Assembly (NCBI GenBank): GCA_004431415.1
Contig: QPMI01000207.1
Location: 112,818 to 176,817, forward strand
Reading direction: 5' to 3'
Source of the DNA: Cyanophora paradoxa CCMP329
Lineage: Eukaryota; Plantae; Glaucophyta
DNA length: 64,000 nt
Below, piece after piece: positions 1 through 13,241 of this stretch; within the stretch, counting starts at the first letter, position 1; each line of letters opens with the position of its first letter. The notes under the pieces were generated by a model that saw only the letters and a list, made by a program, of their open reading frames with translations, ran no database searches and was not told the origin of the DNA. Made by a program: the position numbers and the translations under genes.

Positions 1-3000
1 CGCTCCGCGGGGGTCAGCCCGGGGGCCCCCTCCGCTGGCCCCGGCGGGCGCGCCGCCAGCGGCAGCGGGCCCGACACGGGGACGATCCCCCGCACGGGGG
101 CGAGCGCCGCCTGCGGTGGCGTCAGCGCGCCGCGGCAGCGTGCGGGGCGGGGCGGGGCGGGGCGGGGCGGGCCTTGTCGGCGAGGAAGAAGCGGAGGTGG
201 GAGTGGAGGAGGGCGAGGGCGCGCTCGGCGGCGGCGGCGCAGGAGCCGGCGGTGGCCTCGGCGGCGGAGCGCGCGGCCTCGGCGGCGCGCTGGGCGGCGC
301 GGCGGGCGGCCTCCTCGCCCTCGGGGCGGCGGCGGGGCCGTCGGGCGGCCCCGCGAGGGCGCGCAGCTGGCCCGGCTCGAGGGTGTCGAGGGCGCGCAGC
401 TGCCGCCCGGCCTCGGCCTCCGCCTCGACGGCGGCGCGCAGGCGGCGCGCCGCCGCCTCCGCCCAGCGCACCAGCAGCGAGAGGGAGGGGAGGCCCGAGG
501 CGCCGGCCCCGGCGGCCGCGCGCGGCGGCTCGGCGAGGAGGAGGGCGGCGGCGAGCTGGTCGAGCGGGGCGGCGGCGAGGCTCGGGGCGAAGAGGGGCCG
601 GAAGGTCGCGGCGGGGCCGGCGCCGGCGGAGCGGGCGTGGCAGAAGGCGGCGAGGTTCTCGACGACCTCGGCGAGGCTCGGGAGGCCGGGGGCCACGGGG
701 CCCTCCTCGGCGAGCGAGCAGGCGGCGAGGAGGCGGAGGGCGAGGGTCTCCAGCTTGGCCGCCTTCGCCCCGAGGCGCTCCTCGAAGGCCGCGCTCGGGG
801 CCAGCGCCGCCAGCAGCGCCGTCCCCAGGAAGAGGGCCCCCGCCCCGCCGCGGCCGCCCCGGGGGGCGCCCCCGGGGCGGCGGGGCGGGCTCGGCGGGGC
901 GGCGGAGGGCGGCCTTGAGGGTGTGGCTGAAGAGGCGGTGGTGCGCGGCGACGAAGTCGAGGGCCTGGACGGCCGCCTCGGGGTGGCCGGGCAGGGAGCC
1001 GACGAGGGCGAGGGCGAGGCGCAGCGCCGGCAGCAGCAGCTGCGCGTGCCGCTCGGCGGGCGGGGGCACGAAGTCGCCGTCGAGCTCCATGGGGGCGGGG
1101 CCGCCGGCGCCGGCCTCGGGGAAGGCGTCAAGGAAGGGGGCGCCGCGGGCGAGCAGCAGCAGCGCGCCGGCGTCGAGGAGGGCCCCCGCCCCGCCGTCGC
1201 GCCCGCCCGACTGGGCCGCCCGCACGAGCAGCGCCATCTGCGCCTCGTAGAGGTAGACGCGCCGCAGCATCTCCGCCGTCACCACCTCCCCCAGCACCCT
1301 GCCCGCCGCCCGGTCAACGCGCGGGCTCGGGGGGCGGGGGGCGGGGAGCGGGGCGGGCGCACGACTCGTCGATGGAGAGGGCGGCGCGGAGGATGTGGCC
1401 GAGGTGGCCCCCGCGCCGCAGCGCCTGCAGCGAGCGCCGCTCGACGGGGCGCCGGGGCGGGGCGGGGGCGCCGGCGAAGGGGCTGCCGCGGGGGAGCCCG
1501 GCGGCGGTGCTCTCCCGCCCGAGCTCCTCGAGGGCGAGGAGCGCGTCGAGGAGGGCGAGCGCCGCCGACTGCCACACCTGGCCCCCGGGCCCCGCGCCCC
1601 GCCCGCCCCCGCCGCCGCCGCCGAGGCCGCCTCCGCCCCGCCGGCGTCCTCCGCGTCGCGCGCCAGCCGCTCGACGAGCTGCGCGCGCCTCAGCGGCGGC
1701 GGGGCGGGCGGGGCGGGGGCGCACGGCGTCGCGGACGGGCTCGAGGAGGGCGAGGGCGGTGTCGGGGAGGGCGGCGGGGGAGGCCCAGGCGGCCGCCGGG
1801 TCGGCGGGGCCGGCGCGGGAGGCGGCGGCGTGGCGGGCGACGGCCGTGGCGTACTGGAGGGCGTGGAGGATGGCGGCGTAGAGCTGGCCCCGCACCGCCA
1901 GCGGCGCCCCGGGCCGCAGCGCCGCCTCCAGCAGCCCCTGCAGCAGCGCCCGCACCCGCCCCGGCGGCAGCGGCGCCAGCGGGCCCACCTCCAGCGGCGC
2001 CCCCGCCGGGAACGTCTGCGCGGCGGCCGGTCAGGGGCGGTGCGGGCGGGGAGGGGCGGGGCGGGGCGGGGCGCCTGCTCGCGGATCTTGGCGGTGAGGG
2101 CGAGGGCGGCGGCGGCGAGGTGCGGGGCGAGGGGCGGGTGGAGGGCGGGGGAGCGGAGGCGCAGGAGGGCGGCCTCGAGGGTCTCGAAGAGGACGCCCTC
2201 GGGGGAGGGGACGGCGGCGGCGAGCACGGAGAAGGCCTCGTATAGCACGACCTGCAGCAGCCGCCGCCACGCCCCGTGCACCCGCTCCCCCGCCCCCTCC
2301 AGCTCCCGCAGCGCGTTCCACTGCACCGCCGCCCGCAGGCCCCGCCGCAGCAGCGCCTCCGCCGCCGCCGGGCCCCGGCGGGCGGCGCCGGGCCGCCGGG
2401 GACGGGGGCCCCGCCGTCGAGGGCGAGGGCACGGCGCAGGCGCGCGTGCAGCGCCTCTATGGCGATGACCCGCACGCCGCGCTCGCCCACCTGCCGCCGA
2501 CGTCAGCCGCCGCGCCGCCGGGGCGGGGCGGGGCGGGCGGGGCGGGGGCACCTCGGTGCACTCGGCGGCGGCGCGGTCGTAGCCGGGGATGCTGGCGCGG
2601 GCCTCGGCGAGGAGGGGCGGGTTGGGCGCGGGGCCCCACTCGGCGGCCTCGAGGAGCTGGAGCATGCGGAATGGCCGCTGGCCGGCGGCGAGCGCGAGGG
2701 CGGCCTCCGGAGCGTGCTCGTCGGCCTCCGGGTCGTACAGCGCCGGCGGCGCGAGCAGCAGCCGCAGCAGCTTCTCCAGGTGGCGGCGGTAGACGACCTC
2801 GGGGCTCCGCCCCGCCCCCGCGCTCACGTGCATCTCCACGGCGGCCGCCTGCAGCAGCCAGGCGCGCTGGTTGAGGGCCGCCGCGCGGGCGTTGGCGGCG
2901 GCGGCGAGGTCGGGGCCGTCGGGGAGGGCGGGGGGCGGGTCGAGGGGCGAGGCGCGGAGGCGGGAGCAGAAGAAGTCGCCGGGGACGGAGCGGAGGAAGG

Positions 3001-6000
3001 CGAGGGCGGGCGGGGAGGCGGCGGGGTTGGCGACGAGGCGGTAGAGAACCTCGTAGGCGAGGTCAGCCAGCAGCGGCTGCCGCCGGCACACCGCCTCCGA
3101 CTCGAGCAGGCCGACGATGACGTGGAGGCAGTTGAGGGGCGGGGCCGGGGGCTCCTGCAGGGGCGGCAGCTGCCCGCCCTCCTCGAGGCGCCCCGTGGAG
3201 ACGTCGTAGCCGAGGAGCATGTGCGCCAGCGAGGCGGCCCGCGAGACGCCCTCCGCCCCCTCCAGGCCCCCGAGCAGCAGCTCCAGCACCGCGCGGGGCA
3301 GCGAGGGCGGCGGCGGGCCCCCCGGCCCCGGCTCGGCCGGCTCGGCGGAGACGGTCTCGTCGGTGGGGGAGAGGGAGCCGAGGCGGCTGACGTAGGCGGC
3401 GCGCAGGGCGGGGGCCACGTCGGGGGCCGACAGGAAGGCGAGGATGCGGTGCGGGTCCTGCCCCGAAAGGAGCGCCGTGATGCGGACGGCGCGGTGGGCG
3501 ACCTCGTCGCTGCAGGGGTACTCGACGTAGCGCGCGAGGCGGACGATGCGGGCGCGGTCGCGCTGGAGGAGCTGGAGGAGGGAGGCCGGGGCGGCGGCGG
3601 CGTCGCGCGCGTGCACCGCCGCCATGTAGTCGACCTCGCGGCGGAGGACCTCCTCGACGAGCTCGAGGGCCGCCAGCACCGACGCCTCGTGCAGCGGCGC
3701 CGCCCCCGTCGGCGACCCGAAGCGGTCCGCCGCGAGCGCCTCGTGGCCGACGGCGAGCACGCCGGTGACGCGGCGGAAGAGGGCGGCGCGGCCCGTGTCG
3801 GCGAGCATCCCCTGCATCACCTCCAGCCCCGGCGCCCGCGCCGCCGCCAGCAGCTCCTCCCGGCTCAGCTCGCCCCGGCCCGCGGGCCGCCGGCCGCCGC
3901 GCCGGCGAGGAGGACGGCGCCGGCGGGGGCGTAGGGGGCGAGGGCGCCGGCGGGGGCGGCGGGGCCGGGGCGGCGGCGGGCCGGGCGTCTCGCGGGCGGC
4001 CTCGGCGAAGTCGGCGGAGCGGACGAGGGCGAGGAAGACGCGCAGCGCCGCGCAGACCAGCGCGTGCCTGCCGGTCCCGCCCCGCCTCGGCACGCCGGCG
4101 GGCGCGGGAGAGGGCGAGCGGGCCGGCGCACCGCTCCTCGGGCTTCTTGTACTGGCGCTCGTCGGCGCGCGCGAAGACGCTGCGGGGCCGTGAGCGGCGG
4201 CGGGGCGGGCGGGGCGCGGGGCGCGGGGCGCGGGCGGGCCTGTCGCGGGCGAAGGCGAGGTAGGGGAGGAAGCCCGGGAGGGGCCGGAGGCCGGCGCCGA
4301 GGTTGGCGGGGCACGGCGCCGCCTCGAGCAGGGCGACGAGCAGCTCCATGAAGGCCACCACCTGCGCGTACTCCTCCTGCGCCCCGCTCCCACGCTCGGA
4401 CCCGGCGCACGCGGGCGGGCGGGCGGGCGGCGGGCGGGAGGGCGGGCGCGCCTGGGGCGAGCAGACGTAGTCGAGCTCGAAGCGGATGTCGGCGGGGCCG
4501 ATGGGGCGCGCGGGGCCGGCCGCCCCGAGGCCCATCGTCGGGAAGAGGGCCCCACGGGCACCAGCGCCCCCGCGCCCGGCGCCGCCTCCGGCAGCGGCCC
4601 CGCGCTCGCCGCCCGGTACACCCGAGGCCGGCGCCGGGCGCCGCCTGGCCGGCCGCGCCCCGCCGAGGGCGCCGGCGCCGACGGCGAAGGGCTGCTGCGG
4701 GGACTGGCCCGGGGCCGGGAAGAGGCCGGCGGGGCTGGGGGCGAGGAGGGAGGAGCCGAGCGGGGCGGCGGGGGAGGGGGCCGGGGCGGCGGTGGCGAGG
4801 ATCTGGGAGGCCTCGAGGTGGTGCCAGAGGGCCCCCGCGATGGCCGGCGTGCGCGCGTACGCCGATAGGGCGCCCATCAGCGCGGCCTTGAGGGGCCCGC
4901 CCACGGGGCAGCGGAGGAGGCCGAAGAGGGTCGGCACGTGGTCGCGGAGGGCCTCGCGGTGGGGCGGGGACCAGTAGAGGACGGCCCGCAGGAGCCCGAG
5001 GAAGGCCACCAGGGCCCGCTCCTCCTCCGGCCGCACCAGCAGCGGGCCGGCCGCCGCCTGCCCCGCGACGCCGGCGGCGGGGGCCGAGGCGGCGGCGCGC
5101 TCCTGCTCCTCCATGAGGCGCTGGTACTCGCCGACGGCGTAGAACATGTGGCTCCACGAGAGGAGCCCCGAGCGGTTCAGGAAGTCGTACGCCAGGCGCG
5201 GGTTCGCCGGCCAGCCCTCGTCCCCCGGCGCCGGCGCGGGGAGGCGGGAGGCGAGGCTCGGCTCGGGGCCGGCGGCGGCGATGGCGGCGAGGAAGCGGAG
5301 GAAGGGGACGAGGGAGGAGCGCTGGACGCCGCCCGTGGCGCACCAGTGGAGGAACTCGCGCAGCGGGCGGTAGGCCTCGCCGTCCCCGGCCTCGGGGCCG
5401 GCGGCGGGGAAGAAGCGGGCGCCGTGCTCGGGGTGGCCCCGGTAGAGCTCCGCCAGGAAGCTCAGCATGTCGCTGAAGTCCGTCCGCTTCGCCGCCGCCG
5501 CCGCCGCCGCCTGCTGCTGCTGCGCCGCCGCCGCCAGCGCCAGCGCCGCCCCGGGCCCGCCGAACGCCGGCGTCGCGGGGGCCGGCGCCGCAGCCGGCGC
5601 CGCCGCCGGCTCGTCGCCGCGCGTGTGGGCCGCCTCCTCCTGCGGGGGCGTCAGGGGGAAGGCGGGCGGGGCGGGGCGGGCGGGGCGGGGCGGGGCGGGG
5701 CGGGCCTTGGCGGCGAGCTCGGTGACCTCGAGGCCCTGGTCGAGGAGGGCGAGGACGAGGTCGTCGAGCACCTGCAGGTCCCGCGCCTCCGCCCCGTCCC
5801 CCACCCGCCCGCTCCGCTCCACCTGCCCCCGCAGGAACCCCAGCGCCCCCAGCTCCACGCCCCGCCCCAGCAGCGCCCGCGGCGACGTCTCCGGCGTCAG
5901 CGCCGCCGGCCGCTGCGCCCCGCCGCGTTGGCGCCGGCGCGGAGCGGGGAGGGCGGCGCGCGCACCGCCTGCTGCGTGGCGAGGGCGAGGCCCAAGGCGA

Positions 6001-7327
6001 GGAAGAGGGCCGCCCGCGGGCCCTCTGCGCGGCGTCCCGCTGCGTGAGGTGGGCGCGGCGGGAGGGGCGGGAGGGGGCGCACGGGACTCCCAGTCGGGGG
6101 AGAGGGCGGCGTGGGCGGCCCGCACGAAGTCGGCGGAGCGGGAGAGGAGGAGCTGGTCCGAGGGCCCGCCGGCGGACGGGTCGTGCAGCTCCGTGTTCAT
6201 CGGGTTCAGCGCGCACACCGCCGCCAGCAGCGCGGTGTGCGCCGCCAGGAAGAGCCCGTCGTCCCCCGGGCGCCCCGCCAGCGCCGCGTACAGCCGCCGC
6301 ACCGCCCCCATCAGCGCCAGCGCGTCGTCCCCCTTCAGCTGCCGCCGGCCTGAGAGGCCGCGGCGGCGGGGGGCGGGCGGCGGGGGCGGGCGGCGGGGGG
6401 GCGGCCGGGGCGCGCCTGCGTGTTGAAGCAGACGTAGTAGAGGGCGTCGCAGAGCAGCTTCCGCTCCTCCGCCACGTACCCCGCGTGCTCCGCCTTCAGC
6501 AGCGACTCCGGCTTCAGCCAGTCCTCCACCCGCTGCGCCCCCGCTCGCCGACTCGCGCGGCGCCGGCCGGCCCGGCGCGCGGCGGGCCCGGCGCACCGTA
6601 ACAAGGGAGGCGAGCTTCCCAGCGAGGCCTTCGCGCAGCAGTTCGTCCGTGAAGCGCACAAACACGTTGCGCAGCTCCGACGGGATCGTGTCGTCGCCCC
6701 GGCCCTGCCCGGCGGTCGCGAGCGCCCCGGGCGGCGCGGTCCCGCGCAGCGACCGGCGCACCTTGAGCAGGCTGACGAGCGACTGGAGCAGATACGAACG
6801 CTCCGTGTAGTACATGTGTGCCGCCGCGTCCTGCGGGTCGAGGCCGAGGCTCGGGCCCTGCTCGTGCGGTGAGAGCCGTTCGCGCCAAGGTCGTTGAGCA
6901 AGCGGGCCGACCATGTGGATGCCGGTCACGAGCAGCTCCACGCAAGCGATCTCATTCAGCTTGAGCCGCTCGCTCATGAACAACGTCTGCGGTGCGATGA
7001 GCGCGCCGGGTCGGTCCGCTTCGCTCGCGCAGCGAACCGCGCTGATGAAGTCCGCCGCGAGCTTCGGCATCCCTCCCTTGATCGGAACATTGGAGTTCTG
7101 CACCTTCTGCTTGTCCTGCTCGCTCGGCGGCTGCGCGGGGTAGGCGGATGTGCGGTCGGTCGCGGCTCGCGGCACGGCGAATCGCGGGAGGGGACCTTGT
7201 TCTCGAGCGGCGCCAACAGGGACGCTTTGTGCTGCCGCAGGAGCGCCTGGAGCGCCGGTACGTTCGCTTCCCGGAACGCGAGGGCGTCCTCCAGCGCTCT
7301 CTGTAAGGAAGCGAAAGACGCCGTCAT
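1..7327 (-). CDS. NUP205: Nuclear pore complex protein Nup205/Nup192 (multi-exon; 3' end runs off the window start)
   Basis: Spliced exons give MTASFASLQRALEDAL..., LFMSERLKLNEIACVELL, AAAHMYYTERSYLLQSLVSLL, TLFGLLRCPVGGPLKAALMGALSAYA, LWHHLEASQIL, IRFELDY..EEYAQVVAFMELL, SVFARADERQYKKPEE, SLAHMLLGYD, LNQRAWLLQAAAVEMH and LYEAQMALLVRAAQ..GAGALLDAG. These are all Nup205-family blocks. ATG at 7327; introns ~55-75 nt. Confidence 0.9.
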
Positions 7328-7641
7328 CGCGATCTCCCGCAGCCGACGCAGCCGGCACGCCTCCCGCGACCGCAACAAGCAAGCGCCTGCCGAGCAAGCC
7401 GACGACTTGAGCTTCTACCCCCCTCGCTCCGGCCCCCTCTCCGCAATCGGACTTCCGGAGCGCTCATCGCGGTAGCGCGCCCGCATCCGGCCTCTGGTCG
7501 AGACCGGCTAGCTTTCGGAGTACACGAGAGGCCCCAGCAGCCCCTGGAGCGGCCGGCGGCTGCCAGCAGGTTTTGAATTTCCGGGCGAGCAATGGCTCCC
7601 AGGTCGGTCCAGCAGCTGCCGACCTGTTATCGCTAGTCTGT

Positions 7642-10600
7642 ATGCTAACTACGCGTGCGACAATCCGCTGCAGGCCGCTCGCTCTGGTCGCTCTGGGCGT
7701 TATCGTCCTGGTGGCAGGGCTGGCCCAGGCGGCGGAGCCTATCGGTGCGGCTACTCTGGACTCTGCATATGTGGCACGTTCGCCCGAGTCTTGTTTGCCC
7801 CCGACGCTCGGGATCTTGCGCAGGCTCCACAACTACGTTCGCCGGCGATGGGCACAAGCAGCGCGTTGACGGCAAGTGCCGAGCATACGTCTAGATCGCT
7901 TGAAGTAGTCTCTAATGCGTCGCCTTCTTTTCCGTTCGCCGGCAGGCATGGGCATCGACGCCTCTTTCGACCACCCATGGGACATCAGCGGTGACGAGCG
8001 CGGCCGCCTTTTCTTCGTGGCAGATCGCGATTCGAACTCTATCCGACGGATCTCCTCTACCGCCTCGGTGGAGACGTTCGCTGGCTGCGGCCACGCCGGC
8101 TACATCGACAATTCGAAGCCGTCGGTTGCATGCTTCGACAGGTGCTGCCCTGGAGCGCTCGCCTGGTTTACATCTGGCTGGATGAGCTCTAGCTAACGAA
8201 GGGCGCGTGCCCGTGCAGCCCGACTGGTGTTGCGTACAACTCGAAGGACGACATCCTTTTCATTGCTGACAGCAAGAACCACCGCATCCGCCGCATCACT
8301 GCGGCCTCCCGTGCGCTCATTCCTTCCTTCTTTCGCTGGCCAGGGGCCGAGGGGCGAGCCAGATGAGGACGGCTCGGCGCACGTTGACACGATCGCCGGC
8401 ACGGGCGTCGCGGAGGCGGTGGACGGTTTCGGCACCCTGGCCTCCTTCCGCAACCCGTACGTGCTCCACTACGACCGGTACAACAAGCACATCTACGTCG
8501 GCGACGACTGGCTCATCCGCCGCATCGACTGCGACGGTAGCCGGTTTTGCTTCTTTCCCTTTCCTTTCCCCTCTCTTCCGACACGGCGCTGCAGGCCAGG
8601 TCACGACCCTCGCGCGCGTGAACGACCCCACCCTCGCGGATCGTTACGGTGCGCCTCTGCGGCTGCGGCGCGGCTCGGGAAGGGGCGGCGAGCCGGGCAC
8701 GCAGCGGGCCGCCCGGCGATCACGGGCATGTTCTTCGACTACACCGCCAACCGCCTGTACGTTGCTGATGGCTGGACCAACCGCGTCAAGGTTCTCGACG
8801 TCACCAAGTCCCCTGGTCTGGCCCAGCCCCCCGCTCCGGGGTTCGCCCCGCCTCAACCTGCCCCGCAGCCGTCCTCTCCCTGTACGCCGGTGGCGGCGGC
8901 CGCTTCCTCTCGCGCGGCGAGCGCCTGTCAGCGGGCGTCGGGCGCCCGTGGGGCGTGGCGGTGAACCCCTACACGCAGACCGTCTACGCGCTCAGCAGCG
9001 AGGACAACCGCGTGCTGAAGGTGACCCCGGAGGGCTTCATCGAGTCGGTGGCCGGCAGCGGGCAGTACAGCTTCCGCGACGGCGTCGCCGAGCAGGCCTC
9101 GTTCCGCTCCCCGCAGGGTCCGCCGCGCCGCGCGCCCCGCGCCCCGCGCCGCCCCTCCCGACCGGCCGGCCAGGCGGCCACTTCGTGATCACGGAGGGCG
9201 CGATGTACGTGACCGACGCTGACAACCACCGCGTCCGCCGCATCGTCGTCTCCGGTGCGGCCCCCGCGTTGTCCCCGGCCCGGCGCTGCCCCTCACGCCC
9301 GCCCCAGGCTACGTCGCCTCGGTCTCCCCGTCGGCCGGCACCAAGCGCGGCGGGTACCTGGTGACAATCTCGGGCGGGAACCTCGGCAACGGGGCGGCGG
9401 GCGACATCTACAGCGTGCTGCTCGCCGGCGCGCAGGCGACGATCGTGAGCCAGTCGGCGGACCAGGTGGTGGTGACGGCCGGCGCCTCGACGCGCGTCGG
9501 GCGCGGCAACGTGGTCGTCGTGTCGCGCTCGAAGGGCATGACGGTGGGCCCCGTCGAGTTCGACCTCGGCTTCACGTACCTCGACGCCCCGGAGCCGTAC
9601 ATCGCGACCGTGCTGCCGAACAACGGCCCCCTGTACGGCGGCAACAAGGTGACGATCACGGGCTCCGACCTCGCGTCGGGCACCGGCTCGGACATCACCT
9701 CCGTCTACCTCGGCGAGGTGCCCGCCACCATCGTCTCCAAGAGCCCGTACTCGGTGGTCGTGACCGCCGGCGCGGCCGCCTCGGCCGGCACGCGCGACGT
9801 CGTCGTCACCTCGGGCACCGGCTCCACCCGCCGCACCCTCGCCTACACCTACAACCCCAAGGGCTCCATCCTCGGCCTCGAGCCGCCCTCGGGACCCGTG
9901 CGCCCCGCCCCGCACCGCCCGCCCGCGCCGCCCCGCTCATCGCCGCGCAGCTGGAAGGCGGGAACATGGTGACCGTGCGCGGCTCGTCGCTCGGCTCGGG
10001 GCGGGACATCTACGAGGTGGTCATCGGGGGGAAGAGCGTGCCGCCGGTGAGCCAGACGAACAAGCGCGTCACGGTGATCGCGCCGCCGTCGGCCAAGGAG
10101 GGCCCCGTCGACGTCGCCGTCCGCTCCATCTCCTACGGCGAGACCTCCATGGCCTCCGCCTACAGCTACGAGGCCGGTGCGCCGCTCGCCCCGCTCCCTG
10201 CCCCCCGCCCCGCCGACGCGCCCCCGCAGACGGCTTCCTGACGCTGGCGGACCCCGAGCTCTCGCGCTTCAGCGGGGGCATCGTGGTGACGATCCACGGC
10301 TCGCGCTTCTCGGACGGCTCGGACGTCTCGAGCGTGGCGATTAACAAGAAGGAGGCGACGATCCTCTCGCAGAAGCAGGGCGAGGTGGTCGTCCGCGTCC
10401 CGTCGGGCTCCGACCTCGGCCTCGACCCCCGCGAGAGCGCCTACGTCAAGGTCACCGTCACCTCGCGCAGCCGCGGCGCGACTTCGAGCAGCAGCATCCT
10501 CCAGTACGTCGCGCAGGGCGTCATCATGAGCGTGAGCCCGAACCTCGGCCCCGTCGAGGGCGGCAACCAGATCACCATCGCCGGCTCGCACCTCGGGGAC

Positions 10601-13241
10601 GGCGACGACATCACCGCCGTCACATTCAACGGCGTCGGCGCCAAGATCCTCCTCCAGTCCGCCACCAAGATCGTCGTCGAGGTCCCCGCCGCCGACGGCC
10701 CCGGCACCACCGACATCAGCGTCACCTCCTCGGCCTACGGGCAGACCAGCGCCAAGGACGCCTACCGCTACGTTCAGAGTGCGCCCCCGCCCGCTTTGGG
10801 GCGCCCGCCGCGGCCGACGCGCGGGCGCAGAGGGGACGATCAAGGGGATCGTGCCGGACGAGGGCCCGCTCGAGGGCGGCAACTCGGTGACCATCACGGG
10901 GGCGTACCTCGCGGCGCCCAGTGGCGACATCGTCACGTGCCGCATCGGCTCGCAGCTCGGCAAGGTGACGGACGCGAGCGCGAGCCACGTGGTGTGCGTG
11001 GTGCCGGAGGGCCCGCGCCCCGGCCTCGTGGACGTCGAGGTCGCCAGCCTCCTCTCCGGCCTCGTCCTCGCGGAGGACGCCTACACGTACCTCGCCCCGC
11101 CGCCCCCGCTCTCCAACATCACCGCCGTCGTCGCCGGGGCCGCCGGCGACGGCTACGTCATGAGCGCCCGCTCGGCGCCCAACGGCGTCTCCGCCGAGTA
11201 CGACCTCACCGTCACCATGCCGACGCGCCACACCGTCGTCCTCGGCAAGGCCGTCGGCGCCAACGCCGGCGCGAGCGTCAAGTACCAGTGGCAGCAGACG
11301 AACGGCGACCGCCTGCGGGTGGCGAACGTGGATAGCGCGGACCTGGCGCTCTGCGAGATGGACCCCGGCTACTACACCTTCCGCCTCAAGGTGACCGACG
11401 GCGAGGACACCGATGCCACCGTCGTCCGCCTCCGCGTCAACGGCTGGCACGGTCCGCGCCCCGCCCCGGCCCCCGGCCCCCGGCCCCGCTGAGGGTGGCG
11501 CAGAGCGGGGCGCGTCGCTGCTGGCGGCGGTGATGTCGGCGGTGACGATGGCGGTGCTCGCGTCGGCGTCGACGGCGACGCTGGTGGGGCAGAAGTTCGG
11601 GCACGTGCTCCTCCTCGTCTCCTTCGTGCAGTTCCTGGCCGCGCTCAACGGCCTCTCGGTGGAGTTCCCCGCCAACGTCGTCGCCCTCTACGACGGCCTC
11701 GCCTGGTCTATCCTCCACTTCAACTTCCCCTGGGAGGACGTCCGCCAGGGCGACATGCCCGGCCACATCTTCCGGTGCCCCGCCCCCTCCGCCCCCCGCC
11801 CCCGCCCGCCTCCTCTCACCCGCCCCGCCCCGCAGCCGCGGGCAGCCGGTGCCGGACGAGGACATGCCGTGCCCGCTGGACCACGTCTTCCTCTGGACGC
11901 CGCAGTCCCTCGGCTGGGGCGCCGCCTTCCTCCTCCTCTCCGCCGTCGTGGGCGCCCTCGGCTCCCTCATCCTGCGCGCCGCCCTCGGGCGCGCGGCGCT
12001 GCCGGGGCGCTTCTCCGTGCAGAAGACCTTCTTCGTGACGGCCTCGCTCGTCTTCTTCGGGATCGCCCTCCACGCCTTCCGCCTGCTGCGCTTCGCCTCG
12101 CACCTGACGACGGGCGGCATCTACAAGGCCATCCTCGCCATCGCCCTCCTCGTCCTCCTCGTCTTCTACCTCCTCTGGCTCTTCTCCGCCCTGCGCCGCC
12201 TCGTCACCGACTTCCGCGCCTTCACGTACCGCGCCGGCGTGCAGCCGAAGATGTTCGGCTCGGCCCTCGCCGGCGCCGCCGGCTCCCTCGACGGCTCCGC
12301 CCTCGCCCGCTCCACCGACGCGAGCGCGCGCGACTCGGAGACGCTCGGCGCGCGCGGCGGCTTCCGCCTCATGAAGTGCCACGGCGACTGGGAGGCGGCC
12401 GCCGGCGGCGAGGCGCGCCTCAAGATGTTCGGCTGGACGCTGCGCAAGTACCGCGGCGTGAAGGGGGCGTACCTCTACCACCCGCTGCTGCTCGTCAAGT
12501 TCCTCCTCATGGGCTTCGTCATCGGCATGTTCAAGGGCGCCGAGGCGGACCGCAGCGCCGGCTGGACGCAGCTCATCGTCCTCATCGTGCTGCAGGGCGT
12601 GGAGGTGATGTTCCTGGCGATGACCATGCCGTACAACCACAACGCGATGAACATCCTCGCGGTGGGGACCTCCTCCATCGAGGCCCTCGTCCTGCTCTTC
12701 GCCGCCGGCTGCCACGCCCAGTCCTCCTTCGCCGTCTCGGGCCACCTCGGCTCCGCCCTCGTCGGCCTCGCCTTCGGCTGGTTCCTCATCCTCGCCGCCT
12801 GCGAGCTCCTCATCCACTGGTACGTGCGGGCCTGGAAGCGCCGCGAGTTCGTCCCCGCCAAGGACCCCCGCTCCATCTGGGACGAGTTCCCCTCCGTGCG
12901 CCCCCGCCCCGCCCCCCGCCCGCCCCCCGCCCCGCCCGCCTCCGACGCCCCGGCGGCAGTACATGGGGGCGGACGGCGGGCGCACGGCGTACGTGTCGTA
13001 CACGCAGAGCCCCGCGGCGACGACGGCGGCGCGCCTGAACGCCTCGGTCCGCTCGGCGGCGTCGGGCGAGTCGCCGACGGTGTACGGCGCCACGGCGGGG
13101 CAGCAGCGGCAGGTCTACGACGGGCCCGGCGGCGGCGGCCTCTCCCTCTCCGCGGCCTTCGCGCAGAACGCGCAGACCTCCACCCGCGTCAACGAGCGCC
13201 TCGTCGCCACCGAGCAGCGCGGCTCCTACCGCGCCTTGTAG
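7642..13241 (+). CDS. Large cell-surface protein: signal peptide, NHL repeats, six IPT/TIG domains, PKD/K319L-like domain, ~9-TM TRP/FLC-like (PF06011-type) membrane region
   Basis: Signal peptide LALVALGVIVLVAGLAQA. NHL motifs (FDHPWDI..LFFVADRDSNSIRRI, MYVTDADNHRVRRI). IPT starts such as IATVLPNNGPLYGGNKVTITGSDL and IMSVSPNLGPVEGGNQITIAGSHL. YQWQQTNG..PGYYTFRLKVTD. TM block with LVSFVQFLAALNGLSVEFP and FGWTLRKY..TQLIVLIVLQ..MPYNHNAMN. Stop TAG at 13241. Confidence 0.75.

Noticed and set aside
116-7397. Very long ORFs (709-1499 aa) on both strands, and similar ones throughout the window
   Set aside because: Stop-poor GC-rich DNA. The real coding signal hops frames at short introns, and the antisense ORFs are Arg/Pro/Ala/Gly shadows.
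7642-13241. The multi-TM receptor as the GPCR partner of the G-alpha genes
   Set aside because: About nine TMs of FLC/TRP-like type rather than a 7TM GPCR, ~27 kb away with housekeeping genes between; no evidence of a link.
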